64,000 nucleotides of DNA from NCBI GenBank assembly GCA_964645705.1, contig CAZYAB010000003.1, positions 70,068 to 134,067 on the forward strand. The letters run 5' to 3'. The notes beneath the pieces are model-generated. The model made no database searches, was not told the origin of the DNA, and worked only from the letters and a program-made list of their open reading frames with translations. The translations under genes and the position numbers were made by a program. This DNA is from an uncultured Methanosarcinales archaeon (GTDB taxonomy: Archaea > Nanobdellota > Nanobdellia > Woesearchaeales > CAXGTL01). Shown piece after piece: positions 25,889-35,575 of the stretch. Each line of letters starts with the position of its first letter. Positions within the stretch are counted from its first letter, which is position 1.

Positions 25889-26518
25889 TTATTTACTATA
25901 TTTCTTTTCTGCTTTGCCTAAGAAAGCTTTTAGTCTCTCAGTTGATGGTAATTCTCTATGTGATGGCATTTTAACAAATCCTTCATTATACATTTTTTCA
26001 ATAGATTTCTTGTTGACATAATTAAGTTTACTAACTTCTTTTACAAATCTTATTTTTTTCAATGCTTTGTTTGCAGCCTCTTTTATTGATTCTAGTGTAA
26101 TACTGTATTTTTCTATCAATTCTTCTGCTTTTTCAAAGTTTGGTCCTATTAATCCATCTATGTTATTCCAATGTCCCATTAAATAGGATGTTAATGCAAT
26201 TACTATATCCCTTTCCATTCCTTTATACTTTATTCCAAATTTTTCTGCACTTTCTATAGTTCTTGCAATTTTTCTTTCATAAAAACCATATGTACATTCA
26301 TCAAATCCAATTATTTCATCATTTTCATTGTATCGTGGATTTATAATAACTTCTTGTCCTAATTTCTTTTTTCCTTCTTTTGATATTAGTTCAAATGCAG
26401 ATTTAACTTGTTCTTCAGGATACTTTTCTTTAATTTCCTTTATTTCATACTGCCAATCGTTCCTTTTAAGGAACATCTTTGTTAGTTCTTCTAAATCTTT
26501 TTTAAGTTCTTCTTTCAT
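25889..26518 (-). CDS. Hypothetical protein (second gene of a two-gene cassette)
   Basis: 209-aa charged protein. Its upstream context GGAGGAAAATAAAAATG is identical to that of the neighbouring gene. Confidence 0.7.
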   Translation of the reverse strand: MKEELKKDLEELTKMFLKRNDWQYEIKEIKEKYPEEQVKSAFELISKEGKKKLGQEVIINPRYNENDEIIGFDECTYGFYERKIARTIESAEKFGIKYKGMERDIVIALTSYLMGHWNNIDGLIGPNFEKAEELIEKYSITLESIKEAANKALKKIRFVKEVSKLNYVNKKSIEKMYNEGFVKMPSHRELPSTERLKAFLGKAEKKYSK

Positions 26519-26562
26519 TTTTATTTTCCTCCATTCATTTCATAATTAAAAAATAAAAAAAA

Positions 26563-27360
26563 CTATTCAAGGTATTTCTTAGCTTGTTCCTTGAATTGTT
26601 CTATGTATTCTGGTTCTATTTCTGCATATTCCATGATTGCTGGAAGTTCTCTCATTACTCCTATTGCTTCCTTTTTTTCATTTTGAAGTGCTTTAATCAT
26701 GCTGTCATCTATTTCTCCTCTACCAACCCAACCAGGCCTTAAGAGCCTACTTGGCCCAATATGTCCTTTTTCTTTTACTTTCTCTATTTCAGTTACTTTA
26801 TCAAGAGTATATATTGAAACTGCTTTGATGTAATCACGCATTATTGCTAAACTTTCTTCAAATAAGTCTGATTTAAAACCTTCCTCTTCCAATATTTTAC
26901 TCCTATCTTCAAGACTTATTACTCCTGCTTCACTAAAATCTTTTACAGTAATTAGTGGGCTTATTCTGTAAATCATATTACCAATAAAATGATTTAGTTG
27001 ATAACCTGAATCATAATGCATTCTTAAATCATCACCACCTATTTCACTACCATCTACTGCACGCCCATACCAATGTAATGACTTAATTCTATTTTCAAAT
27101 TCTTGTGTAAATTCACCATCTTCATTTACTCTGTCTGGGTATGCTTGTTTTATTTTTTCTATATCTTGGTCTATCTTTTTCCTTTTTTCTAAACGTACTT
27201 TGTAATCCTCAAGTATCTCTTTTGCATGTCTTATAGCACCATATACTAGGCCTCTCCAACTAAAGAAAACACCAACCCCTCTTGTATCTACACTTTGAAG
27301 TAGTTTGATACTTTTTTCATCAATTCCAATTATTTTTTCTAATTTTTGTTTTTCATTCAT
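26563..27360 (-). CDS. Hypothetical protein (first gene of a two-gene cassette)
   Basis: 265 aa, with the same GGAGGAAAATAAAAATG initiation context. IEKIKQAYPDRV resembles IKEIKEKYPEEQV in the partner. Confidence 0.7.
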   Translation of the reverse strand: MNEKQKLEKIIGIDEKSIKLLQSVDTRGVGVFFSWRGLVYGAIRHAKEILEDYKVRLEKRKKIDQDIEKIKQAYPDRVNEDGEFTQEFENRIKSLHWYGRAVDGSEIGGDDLRMHYDSGYQLNHFIGNMIYRISPLITVKDFSEAGVISLEDRSKILEEEGFKSDLFEESLAIMRDYIKAVSIYTLDKVTEIEKVKEKGHIGPSRLLRPGWVGRGEIDDSMIKALQNEKKEAIGVMRELPAIMEYAEIEPEYIEQFKEQAKKYLE

Positions 27361-27541
27361 TTTTATTTTCCTCCTTTTTTAGTGTTTTTTTATACAGGAA
27401 AAGAAGTAGAATCTCTGCCTCTTTCCTAACACTATTTGTTATTATGTAATAATAGTAACAAATTAACATATATTAAAGTTCTCATCAAAAGTTGAGCAAA
27501 AATAACAATATTTATATACAAATACTCATTTATGCAAATAT

Positions 27542-28549
27542 ATGGTTGAATTTACTAAGTATAAGCTTGATAAGTCAGATAGAAAGATACTAACTGAACT
27601 AGACAAAAACTGTAGAATTCCTACTACAAAACTAGCAAAAATAGTGAGAAAGTCAAGGCAAGCTGTTGAATATAGAATAAGTCAATTAGTTAAAAAAGGC
27701 ATTATAACTAGCTTTAATGCTGCTATTAATCCACATAAAATGGGTTATAAAATATATAAAATCTATCTAAAGCTTAGAAACATACCTGAAGAAAAAGATA
27801 AACTATTTACGTACCTAAAATCATCAGGAATTATATATTGGATGGGTGAATGTTCTGGTACTTGGGACCTAATATTTGGAGTTTTTGCAAAAACAGATTA
27901 TGAATTTTTTGAATTAAAGAATGATCTTACTTCTAAATTTAATAAAATAATAGTTCAAGAAAAAGGTGGAATATTAGTTGATGTAAAACAATATGCAAAA
28001 ATGTATTTCACCAATAATATTGTTCCACCAACAATGTTTGCTGGAGAAATAATAAACAATGAATTAGATGAACTTGATTATGCAATATTGACAGAGATTG
28101 TAAACAATGCAAGGATACCAATAAATCATCTAGCACATAATGTTAATTCAACTGCAACTATTGTAAGAACTAAATTAAAAAAACTAGAAAAAAAAGGAGT
28201 AATAATACAATATAGAATAGGAATCAACTTAAACAAATTAGGTTTAGAACTGTATAAAGCAATTATTAGATTAGACAGATATACAAAACAAGATGAAAAA
28301 AAATTATTAGAATATTTGTCCAGATTACCAAATATACATTATTATATTAGAAATATTTGGCAAATAGAGCCAGAGCTTGTTGTGTCAAGTTACCAAGAAT
28401 ATTATGAAATAATAGAAAATTTAAAAAAAGAGTTTCCATATGTAATAAGAACAGTTGATCATGTTCTTATGATTACAGATGAATGGACACCCGGGTTTAA
28501 GAATTTATTGAAAATAAAAAATGAAAAACAAAAAACAAAAAGGTTCTAA
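27542..28549 (+). CDS. Tandem (duplicated) Lrp/AsnC-family transcriptional regulator
   Basis: There are two HTH_AsnC-like modules. One is LDKSDRKILTELDKNCRIPTTKLAKIV.... The other is LDELDYAILTEIVNNARIPINHLAH.... Each is followed by a ligand-domain-like segment. Confidence 0.8.
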   Translation: MVEFTKYKLDKSDRKILTELDKNCRIPTTKLAKIVRKSRQAVEYRISQLVKKGIITSFNAAINPHKMGYKIYKIYLKLRNIPEEKDKLFTYLKSSGIIYWMGECSGTWDLIFGVFAKTDYEFFELKNDLTSKFNKIIVQEKGGILVDVKQYAKMYFTNNIVPPTMFAGEIINNELDELDYAILTEIVNNARIPINHLAHNVNSTATIVRTKLKKLEKKGVIIQYRIGINLNKLGLELYKAIIRLDRYTKQDEKKLLEYLSRLPNIHYYIRNIWQIEPELVVSSYQEYYEIIENLKKEFPYVIRTVDHVLMITDEWTPGFKNLLKIKNEKQKTKRF

Positions 28550-28934
28550 TGCAGAAAGAGAATTAGTCCACTTATTCTGGAAATATGATTGGGCTGCCTG
28601 CCGTGTTGCCGGATCCGGATCTATGGCTTATCCTTCTCCGGACATTCTTGCCAGCAACAACATAAGAAAACTAGCAATAGAATGCAAAGCAACAAAAGAT
28701 AATAAAGTTTATTTATCAAAAAGAGAAGTTGATGAACTTCAGCTATTCTCAAACAAGTTCGGAGCAGAACCTTGGATAGGTGTTAGGTTTGATAATGATA
28801 AATGGTATTTCTTTAATATTGAAGACATGAAGATTAGCAGAGGAAAAAACTATCTAATAGATTTTAAAACTTCTAAATTAAAAGGATTAGAATTTAAAGA
28901 ATTAATTGGTGTTTTTAAACAACAAAGATTGTAA
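28521..28934 (+). CDS. hjc: Holliday junction resolvase Hjc
   Basis: KGSNAERELVHLFWKYDWAACRVAGSGS...PDILA...LAIECKAT. Confidence 0.85.
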   Translation: MKNKKQKGSNAERELVHLFWKYDWAACRVAGSGSMAYPSPDILASNNIRKLAIECKATKDNKVYLSKREVDELQLFSNKFGAEPWIGVRFDNDKWYFFNIEDMKISRGKNYLIDFKTSKLKGLEFKELIGVFKQQRL

Positions 28935-29037
28935 TTCTGTTTATACCGTATATGTGCTGTATAAAAATAAAAAAAATAAAATAAAAATAGAAAGCTTTAT
29001 ATACTTAAATTAGTCACCGTAGTAGTTAAGCTAAAAA

Positions 29038-29541
29038 ATGAGGTTGACAAAGAACGTAATTTTTGATGTTGTTGGTGAAGTAGTGGGTGACGATGTAATA
29101 CCATTAGTTAAATTATTAGATACAAAGAGAGATGTTTCTGAAATAAAGTTAGCAAAAAAAATAGGATCAGAAGTAAATATTGTTCGAAGCATGTTGTATA
29201 GATTATATTATAATAATCTTGTTTGTTGTTCTAAAAGAAAAGATATTAAAACCGGCTGGTATGTTTATCACTGGTTTTTGAATGCAAGAAGATTAAAGTA
29301 TATGTTTAAGAATGTAAGGTTGAAGAAAATAAATAAATTAAAAGAAAGATTATTAAGAGAACAAGAAGAGCAGTTTTTTAATTGTATTGAAAGTTGCATA
29401 AGATTGAATTTTGACCAAGCAATTGATTTCAAGTTCCAATGTCCTGAATGCGGTGCTTTGCTGGAAATGGAAAACAATGGACATTGTATAGAAAGATTAA
29501 AAGAGAAAATACTTGTTCTAGAAAAAGAACTAAAGAAATAA
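29038..29541 (+). CDS. tfe: Transcription factor E (TFE alpha)
   Basis: N-terminal winged helix (EIKLAKKIGSEVNIVRSMLYRLYYNNLV...GWYVYHWFLN) and a zinc ribbon (FQCPECGALL). Confidence 0.8.
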   Translation: MRLTKNVIFDVVGEVVGDDVIPLVKLLDTKRDVSEIKLAKKIGSEVNIVRSMLYRLYYNNLVCCSKRKDIKTGWYVYHWFLNARRLKYMFKNVRLKKINKLKERLLREQEEQFFNCIESCIRLNFDQAIDFKFQCPECGALLEMENNGHCIERLKEKILVLEKELKK

Positions 29542-29545
29542 ATTT

Positions 29546-30400
29546 CTATTTTTCGATTATTAATGAAATTAATTGACAGCTTTTGCAAATTTGTGTTTTA
29601 CATGGTTCATTACAATATTTACAATTGTTTATTTTCTTTATTGTTTTATATTTTTGTTTTAGTTTCGGCAGTATTTTTAGAAAATTATCTACAATATTTA
29701 ATTTAATGTCTTTATTCTGTTTTTCTAGTTTGTTAAGCAGTTTTTTAACTGATCTTCTGTATGAATCAGATGAACAAGGGCATTCTCCATAAACCACGGG
29801 GAAATTCGTCTCTTTAGAATATTCAGTTATTTCTTTTTCAGATATAAAGTATAGTGGTTTAATCCTAGGAATGAATAATTTGCTTTTAATCAAACCCGTG
29901 ATTGGACCCAATCTTGCACAAATCTCTAAATTTCCTCTAAAAAAATTCATCATTATTGATTGTGCTTCATCATCAAGATTGTGCCCCATTATTACTTTTT
30001 TTGCATTTAATCTTTTACAATGTTTATTTATTAAATATCTTCTTAAAACACCACATATAGTGCATGATTTTATTTTGTAACCTTTTGAATTAATTAAGTT
30101 CCTTAAGTAACATAAGGAATAACCAAATTCATCTCTAAATGAAACTTGGTGTAATTTAATATTTTGTTTTTTACAGAAATTAATTGCGTTATTTAGATTA
30201 GATTTACTGTAATTGCCGATAAATGCATTTATTGTTAAAGCTTCTACATTATAGCCTAACTTTTTAAGTATATATAAAATAACTGTTGAATCTTTTCCAC
30301 CAGAATATGCCACAAATATTTTTTCCTTTTTATTGATTAGTCTATAATCTTCTATTGTTTTTTTAACTTTTGATTCTACTTGCTTAATTGTATTAGTCAT
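29546..30400 (-). CDS. PP-loop tRNA 2-thiolation ATPase (TtuA/NcsA/TtcA family)
   Basis: SGGKDS PP-loop, CTICGVLRR, HNLDDEAQSIMMNF, GECPCS, and a C-terminal CxxC...CxxC zinc finger. Confidence 0.8.
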   Translation of the reverse strand: MTNTIKQVESKVKKTIEDYRLINKKEKIFVAYSGGKDSTVILYILKKLGYNVEALTINAFIGNYSKSNLNNAINFCKKQNIKLHQVSFRDEFGYSLCYLRNLINSKGYKIKSCTICGVLRRYLINKHCKRLNAKKVIMGHNLDDEAQSIMMNFFRGNLEICARLGPITGLIKSKLFIPRIKPLYFISEKEITEYSKETNFPVVYGECPCSSDSYRRSVKKLLNKLEKQNKDIKLNIVDNFLKILPKLKQKYKTIKKINNCKYCNEPCKTQICKSCQLISLIIEK

Positions 30401-30402
30401 AA

Positions 30403-30600
30403 TCAGAACTTCTTGAATTGTGCAACAGTGTCTATTAAGTCAATGTGTCCCATTATTATTGCTCTGCAGCAATATCTTTTTAATCCTAATGAATCTAAAA
30501 TTTTTTTTTGTGATTCGCCTTTTTTAATCTTTTCTTGAAATTCTTCCCATAAATGGCCAATTGGTTTTCCGCATGACCAACATCTGACAGGTATAATCAT
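30403..30600 (-). CDS. rpoN: RNA polymerase subunit N (Rpb10)
   Basis: MIIPVRCWSCGKPIGHLWEEF...RYCCR. The start is taken at the second Met. Confidence 0.9.
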   Translation of the reverse strand: MIIPVRCWSCGKPIGHLWEEFQEKIKKGESQKKILDSLGLKRYCCRAIIMGHIDLIDTVAQFKKF

Positions 30601-30608
30601 TTTTATTC

Positions 30609-31013
30609 TCACCTATATGATTTTTGCCTTTTAGCTCTTGCTTTAGATATATTAGGCTTACATTGTTCTTTTCTTCTTACATCAGCAATCAAAAGATGTC
30701 TATCATAATCTAAAAACACTTTTTCTAATTTTTTATTATATTTGACTAATGCTCTTGCTAATGCCAATCTTGCAGCTTCTGTTTGAGACATTATTCCGCC
30801 GCCCCTAACATTGATGCTTACGTTGACTTCATTTGATATATTTCCTGCAAGTATTAAAGGTTCTCTTAATTTTAATCTAGCCATCTTAGGCTCAAATATG
30901 CCTATTGGTTTCTTATTAATTTTTATTAATCCTGTACCTTGTCTAAGTGTTGCTCTAGCAACTGATCTTTTTCTTTTTCCTGATGTGTGTATGATTTTAC
31001 TCAACTTTACCAC
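30609..31013 (-). CDS. rps9: 30S ribosomal protein S9 (uS9)
   Basis: GKRKRSVARATL...GGG.MSQTEAARLALARAL...KRQKSYR. Confidence 0.95.
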   Translation of the reverse strand: MVKLSKIIHTSGKRKRSVARATLRQGTGLIKINKKPIGIFEPKMARLKLREPLILAGNISNEVNVSINVRGGGIMSQTEAARLALARALVKYNKKLEKVFLDYDRHLLIADVRRKEQCKPNISKARAKRQKSYR

Positions 31014-31416
31014 CCAAATGTTTACATAGTTCTTTAATAGTTATATATTTAAAATTTGGTAATTTTTTAATATGTGCTTTTTTTATTTCTTCAGATTTTT
31101 TTTCTTTGAATTTGTCTGGAACACCTATGTAGCACATAATTCTTTGGAATGCTTTTTTGCCTCTAGGGTTTTTGTATTTTAGCATTCTTTTAATAACTTT
31201 TCTTACGAACCTGTCCGGCATCTTTGGTAAGAAAGGTCCTTTGTAAGGATCCCCTTTATCATCTATGTCTTTATATTTTTTAAATATATTTTTTTTATTG
31301 CCTGTTATTGCGATTTTTTCACAATTAATTACATTAACTTTCTCGCCAAGTAATGCTTTTTTGGCTGCAAAACTTGCAACCCTTCCAAGTATTAAGTCTG
31401 TTCCATCGATTATCAT
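30997..31416 (-). CDS. rpl13: 50S ribosomal protein L13 (uL13)
   Basis: IIDGTDLILGRVASFAAKKALLGEKV. Confidence 0.95.
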   Translation of the reverse strand: MIIDGTDLILGRVASFAAKKALLGEKVNVINCEKIAITGNKKNIFKKYKDIDDKGDPYKGPFLPKMPDRFVRKVIKRMLKYKNPRGKKAFQRIMCYIGVPDKFKEKKSEEIKKAHIKKLPNFKYITIKELCKHLGGKVE

Positions 31417-31422
31417 TGTTAA

Positions 31423-31785
31423 TTAACCTATTATTCTTACTTTTGATCCTTTTGGATTAATTTTTATTAATTCATTTATTGTTATGGCTTTTCCCCCATT
31501 TTGTTCTATTTTTTCTTTTGCTGTCTTTGAGAAATTAAAAGCTGAAATTGTTATTTTTCTGTTTAGTTCGCCATTGCCTAGAACTTTTCCTGGAACAATC
31601 GCTGTTTCATTCTCTTTTACTAATTTATTTATCTTGAATAAGTTTACTATTATCCTTCTTCTTGTAGGTTTACTAAGATTATTTGCAACTGCTTTCCATA
31701 TCTTTACTTTATTTTCAGAGGATAATCTATTTAATTCTTTGATAAGATTTCTTAGATACTGATTTGTTGGTCCTGTTCTTTTCAT
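31423..31785 (-). CDS. rpl18e: 50S ribosomal protein L18e (eL18)
   Basis: MKRTGPTNQYLRNLI.... The start is moved to 31785, because the upstream extension overlaps repeat E8. Confidence 0.9.
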   Translation of the reverse strand: MKRTGPTNQYLRNLIKELNRLSSENKVKIWKAVANNLSKPTRRRIIVNLFKINKLVKENETAIVPGKVLGNGELNRKITISAFNFSKTAKEKIEQNGGKAITINELIKINPKGSKVRIIG

Positions 31786-31804
31786 TTTGTTTATTGACCT
31801 TATA

Positions 31805-31855
31805 ACCTGCCTGACCCACATCCCAATCCATGGGCAGTAAGTTGTGATTCTTAGG
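31805..31855 (+). repeat. Degenerate copy (E8) of the C-rich intergenic repeat
   Basis: CCTGCCTGACCCACATCCCAATCCATGGGCAGTAAGTTGTGATTCTTAGGC. It shares GTAAGTTGT with E6 and TGATTCTTAGGC with E7. CTGCC and GGCAG are complementary. Confidence 0.4.
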
Positions 31856-31865
31856 CATTTATTAT

Positions 31866-32657
31866 TTACTTTACTTTACCAATAACCTCAATAAATTCAT
31901 CACATTTTTCGGCTAATATGTTAGCAGCTTCCTTTGCTATGTTCTTGCTTGGTATTGAACCCCATGATTCTATGTTAAATATGAATTTTGATTTGTCTTC
32001 TGAAACATTTACAGCACCTTCGCTATAGTCTTGGCATGCTTCGCATATTAAACAGTCTTTTTTATAGTCTTTTTTAAGATTTAATTTTCCAGACTTTAAT
32101 TCGAATAACTTTTTTGGACACATCTTAGCTACAAGTTCAGGATTTTTTGGTTGTTTTTTTATTTCAACTATTGGTTCGTATTTGTAATAGCTTAATCCTG
32201 GTGAGAATTTTGCGTGATCTTTGCCTTTTCCTAATATTGCAGTTGCAACAAACTCTAATTCCTGACCACTCAATAATTTTACAATGATTGTTTTAGGATA
32301 AATAGGAGTAACTTTTGAATCTTTTGACTTTATTGATGATGCATAAACTGTTTTTGCTCCTCTTTCTTTTAAAGTTAATTTTAATTGACATTTTGCACAG
32401 CCTTCGCCTTTACAAGTGCATTTTTTAGGTAGATTATACGTTTTTAAATCTGATTTTAAAACAACCAATCCTAATCTGTGTGCAACTGTTTCATCATATA
32501 GAACAGAACTGTTTTTCTTTAGTTCTACTTCTTCTATAGCCATTGTTGGCACTTCTGAAAGCATGAATCTTCTAAGTGCATTTGCGAATGGTGTTGTAAC
32601 ATCTTCCAAAATAAAAGATGTTTCTTCATTTGATTTGTTAATAAGTTTGATCTTCAT
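31866..32657 (-). CDS. rpoD: RNA polymerase subunit D (Rpb3-like) with a Cys-rich (Fe-S type) insertion
   Basis: [19 protein letters not shown]..., and a Cys cluster CPKK...CLICEAC. Confidence 0.9.
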   Translation of the reverse strand: MKIKLINKSNEETSFILEDVTTPFANALRRFMLSEVPTMAIEEVELKKNSSVLYDETVAHRLGLVVLKSDLKTYNLPKKCTCKGEGCAKCQLKLTLKERGAKTVYASSIKSKDSKVTPIYPKTIIVKLLSGQELEFVATAILGKGKDHAKFSPGLSYYKYEPIVEIKKQPKNPELVAKMCPKKLFELKSGKLNLKKDYKKDCLICEACQDYSEGAVNVSEDKSKFIFNIESWGSIPSKNIAKEAANILAEKCDEFIEVIGKVK

Positions 32658-33118
32658 ACTCTTCTACCTCTTCTTCCGCCTTTTTTCCTGCAACCATCGT
32701 GAGGAACAGGGGTTACATCTTCAATAATGCCTATTTTCAGACCCATTCTTGATAATGCCCGAACTGCTGCTTGTGCACCTGGCCCAGGATTACTGGGTCC
32801 GTTATGGCCCCCTGGCGCTTTTATTTTAACATGTATTGCATCAATACCTTTTTCTTTAGCTGTTTGTGCTGCTTTTTTTGCAGCAGTCATTGCAGCTGTA
32901 GGACTTGGTTCTAATCTGTGTGCTTTTACTACTTGTCCTCCTGAAGTTCTTGCAATAGATTCTGAACCAGTAATATCTGTTATATGAATTATAGTGTTAT
33001 TATATGAAGAGTATATGTGACAGATTCCCCAAGTTTGATCTCTTCTCCTTGATTTAAAATCTGGTCTTTCTCTGTTGTATGTTCTTCTTGGATTTCTTCT
33101 TTGTTTTTCTTTTATCAT
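32654..33118 (-). CDS. rps11: 30S ribosomal protein S11 (uS11)
   Basis: [18 protein letters not shown]...IKAPGG...[11 protein letters not shown]. Confidence 0.95.
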   Translation of the reverse strand: MIKEKQRRNPRRTYNRERPDFKSRRRDQTWGICHIYSSYNNTIIHITDITGSESIARTSGGQVVKAHRLEPSPTAAMTAAKKAAQTAKEKGIDAIHVKIKAPGGHNGPSNPGPGAQAAVRALSRMGLKIGIIEDVTPVPHDGCRKKGGRRGRRV

Positions 33119-33738
33119 TTTTTATTTCCTTTTTTAACAGGCCTTTTTGTTCGAGTATTTCTTCTCTTTTTGATTGGTTTTTTTTCTTTAGGTTTCTTCT
33201 TTTCTTTTGGTTTAGCTTCAATTACTCTTTCAGCATGATTTGAGTCTGACAGATTTGAGGAATTTGAAAATGTTATAAGGTCTTCTTCTTTTTTTGTAAC
33301 TATATAAGATGGGGATGTTATTTTTTTACCAGAAACACTAATGTGGTGGTGAGTTATAAATTGTCTTGCTTGTTTCATTGATTTTGCTAGTTTTTTTCTA
33401 AATACTATTGTTTGTAACCTTCTTTCAAGTAAATCTCTTATCGTAATACTTAGAACATTGCTTAGCTCAGAACCAGGGGGTAAAAGACCGAGGTTTGATA
33501 ATCTTTTAAGCAGTTGTTCTTTTTCTATTTTTGACTGCTCTGTTCTTCCTGTAATATGTTTTTTGGATTGTGAAAAATATTTTCTTAATAAAGAATGCGC
33601 TTTATATATCTCTGTCTTGTTCTTTAGTCCGTACTCTCTAACTAATACTTTTTCTTGCTCAATTCTTTCTTTGTTCCAAGGGATTACTGGATTTGAATAT
33701 TTTTTTCTATGTTTTTTTGGATCTCCCATATTTTTCAC
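33115..33738 (-). CDS. rps4: 30S ribosomal protein S4 (uS4), with a Lys-rich C-terminal tail
   Basis: [20 protein letters not shown]... and an S4 RNA-binding domain. Confidence 0.95.
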   Translation of the reverse strand: MKNMGDPKKHRKKYSNPVIPWNKERIEQEKVLVREYGLKNKTEIYKAHSLLRKYFSQSKKHITGRTEQSKIEKEQLLKRLSNLGLLPPGSELSNVLSITIRDLLERRLQTIVFRKKLAKSMKQARQFITHHHISVSGKKITSPSYIVTKKEEDLITFSNSSNLSDSNHAERVIEAKPKEKKKPKEKKPIKKRRNTRTKRPVKKGNKK

Positions 33739-33793
33739 CTGAAAAATTGGGGCTCAAAAATCTTTGATTTTTTTTGTCCCATTTTTTGTTACC

Positions 33794-34267
33794 TTATTTA
33801 CCTTTCTTACCTTTTCTTTTTACGCCCATTCCTTTTCCTTTATTCTTTCTGAAATTTGATCTTGTGCATTGTCCTCTTACAGGAAGTCTAAACATGTGTC
33901 TAATGCCTTTGTAACTCTTGATCTTTTTCATCATCTTAATATCATTATCTTGTATAAATCTTAGATCAGATGTAAGAATGTGTTTATCTTTGAATTCTTG
34001 TGGATCTTTTCTTCTATTAAGCATCCATTTAGGAATTCCATATTTTAATGGATTTCTAACTATCTCTGTTATTTTTTCAACGTCTTTGTCTGTTAAGTCG
34101 CCTATTTTCTTTGTTTTTTTGATTTTAGAAATATTACAAACAGCATTTGCAAATCTTGGGCCAATGCCTCTTACTTTTGTTAAACCATGATAAAGAGGTT
34201 TGTTTCCATCTATATCTGTATCTATTAATCTTAGTATTAATCTGAATTCATGTTTTTCTTCTGCCAT
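33794..34267 (-). CDS. rps13: 30S ribosomal protein S13 (uS13)
   Basis: LTKVRGIGPRFANAV.... The start is taken at MAEEKHEF. Confidence 0.95.
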   Translation of the reverse strand: MAEEKHEFRLILRLIDTDIDGNKPLYHGLTKVRGIGPRFANAVCNISKIKKTKKIGDLTDKDVEKITEIVRNPLKYGIPKWMLNRRKDPQEFKDKHILTSDLRFIQDNDIKMMKKIKSYKGIRHMFRLPVRGQCTRSNFRKNKGKGMGVKRKGKKGK

Positions 34268-34397
34268 ATTATTTTCACCAAAAAACCCAATAGAATTAAT
34301 CATATAGATTAACCCTATATATCGCCTATATTAGACTCGGGTTGTTTATACTTGGAAATGCTATTTTATTTATAAATGTGATGGTTTTTTAAGGTTT

Positions 34398-35459
34398 TTA
34401 TTCTTTGCCTTTTTCAATAGCTTTGACGATCAATTTAACTGTATTTTCCATGTCATTTAGATTAATCATTTCATTATTAGTATGAATGTATTTACATGGA
34501 ATACCAATGCTAATACTTGGGATGCCTGATTTTACTAACTGAATCTCTGTTGCGTCTGTTGCACCTGGCTGTCCTGCATTTGCAGCATCTAGTTGTAATG
34601 GTATCTTGTTTTTTTGTGCTATTGTTATTATCCATTTGTTTAGTTTTCTATCAGCTATCATGCCTCTGCCGCGATATTGTAAATATTCTATGCTAGGTCC
34701 TTTTCCTAATTGTGTTGTAACTTCCCAATCTTTTGCATATAGACTGTGAGCACCGCCTACGTCAAGTGCAATTGCATAGTCTGGATCAAGTTCAAATGCA
34801 GAGGTTTTTGCTCCTTTTAATCCTACTTCTTCTTGAGCTGTAAACACTCCGTAAACAGTTCCTTTGAATTTTTTCAAATTCTTCATTATTTGTACTAGTG
34901 CTGCGCATCCTGCTCTGTCATCAAAAGCTGTTGCCATTACATTATCTCCTGCTAATTCTCTGAAATTGTTTTCAATAGTAATCATGTCACTGATCTTTAT
35001 ACCTAGTTTTTCTACTTGTTTTTTTGATGTTGCACCAATGTCAATGAATAGTTCTTGCCACTTTGGTTGTCTTTTTATTTCTTCATCATCCATTAGCCAT
35101 AGATCTTTTGTTAAGATTGCTCCTTTGTATTGGTTTTTCTTTGTGTCAATGATTACATTTTGATTAGGCAGTGTTCTGTTTCTAAAACCACCTATTGGTA
35201 TAAATCTTATGTATCCATTATCGTCAATGTGTTTAACAATAAAACCTATTTGGTCCATGTGAGCGCATATCATGTAAACAGGTTTTCCTTTGCCTTTTTT
35301 TACAATAAGATTGCCCATTGTATCTGTTTCCATAGAATTCACATGTGCTTTTAGTTCTTGTTTTATTATTGGTATTATTCTTTTTTCATATGCTGAGATT
35401 GCATATGTGTCTGTTAGTTTTTTTAATAGTCTTTTTAATTCTTGTTTTTGATTTTTCAT
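34398..35459 (-). CDS. M42-family (TET/FrvX-like) aminopeptidase
   Basis: AHMDQIGFIV, AFDDRAGCAAL, FTAQEEVGLKGA and ALDVG motifs. Confidence 0.85.
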   Translation of the reverse strand: MKNQKQELKRLLKKLTDTYAISAYEKRIIPIIKQELKAHVNSMETDTMGNLIVKKGKGKPVYMICAHMDQIGFIVKHIDDNGYIRFIPIGGFRNRTLPNQNVIIDTKKNQYKGAILTKDLWLMDDEEIKRQPKWQELFIDIGATSKKQVEKLGIKISDMITIENNFRELAGDNVMATAFDDRAGCAALVQIMKNLKKFKGTVYGVFTAQEEVGLKGAKTSAFELDPDYAIALDVGGAHSLYAKDWEVTTQLGKGPSIEYLQYRGRGMIADRKLNKWIITIAQKNKIPLQLDAANAGQPGATDATEIQLVKSGIPSISIGIPCKYIHTNNEMINLNDMENTVKLIVKAIEKGKE

Positions 35460-35575
35460 TATTAATCCCTCCGAATATATACTGTAATATATATGTGCTT
35501 AATAAAGATTTCTGATTTTTTTTAGTAAAAACCAATGTAAAACTTTATAAATAATGCACACCTATATATCTAAAT

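Noticed and set aside
33739-33793. Small palindrome AAAAATC-N3-GATTTTT between rps13 and rps4, resembling the mini-palindromes at 6680-6695
   Set aside because: It is short and AT-only and is expected by chance in this composition. There is no repeat-family support.
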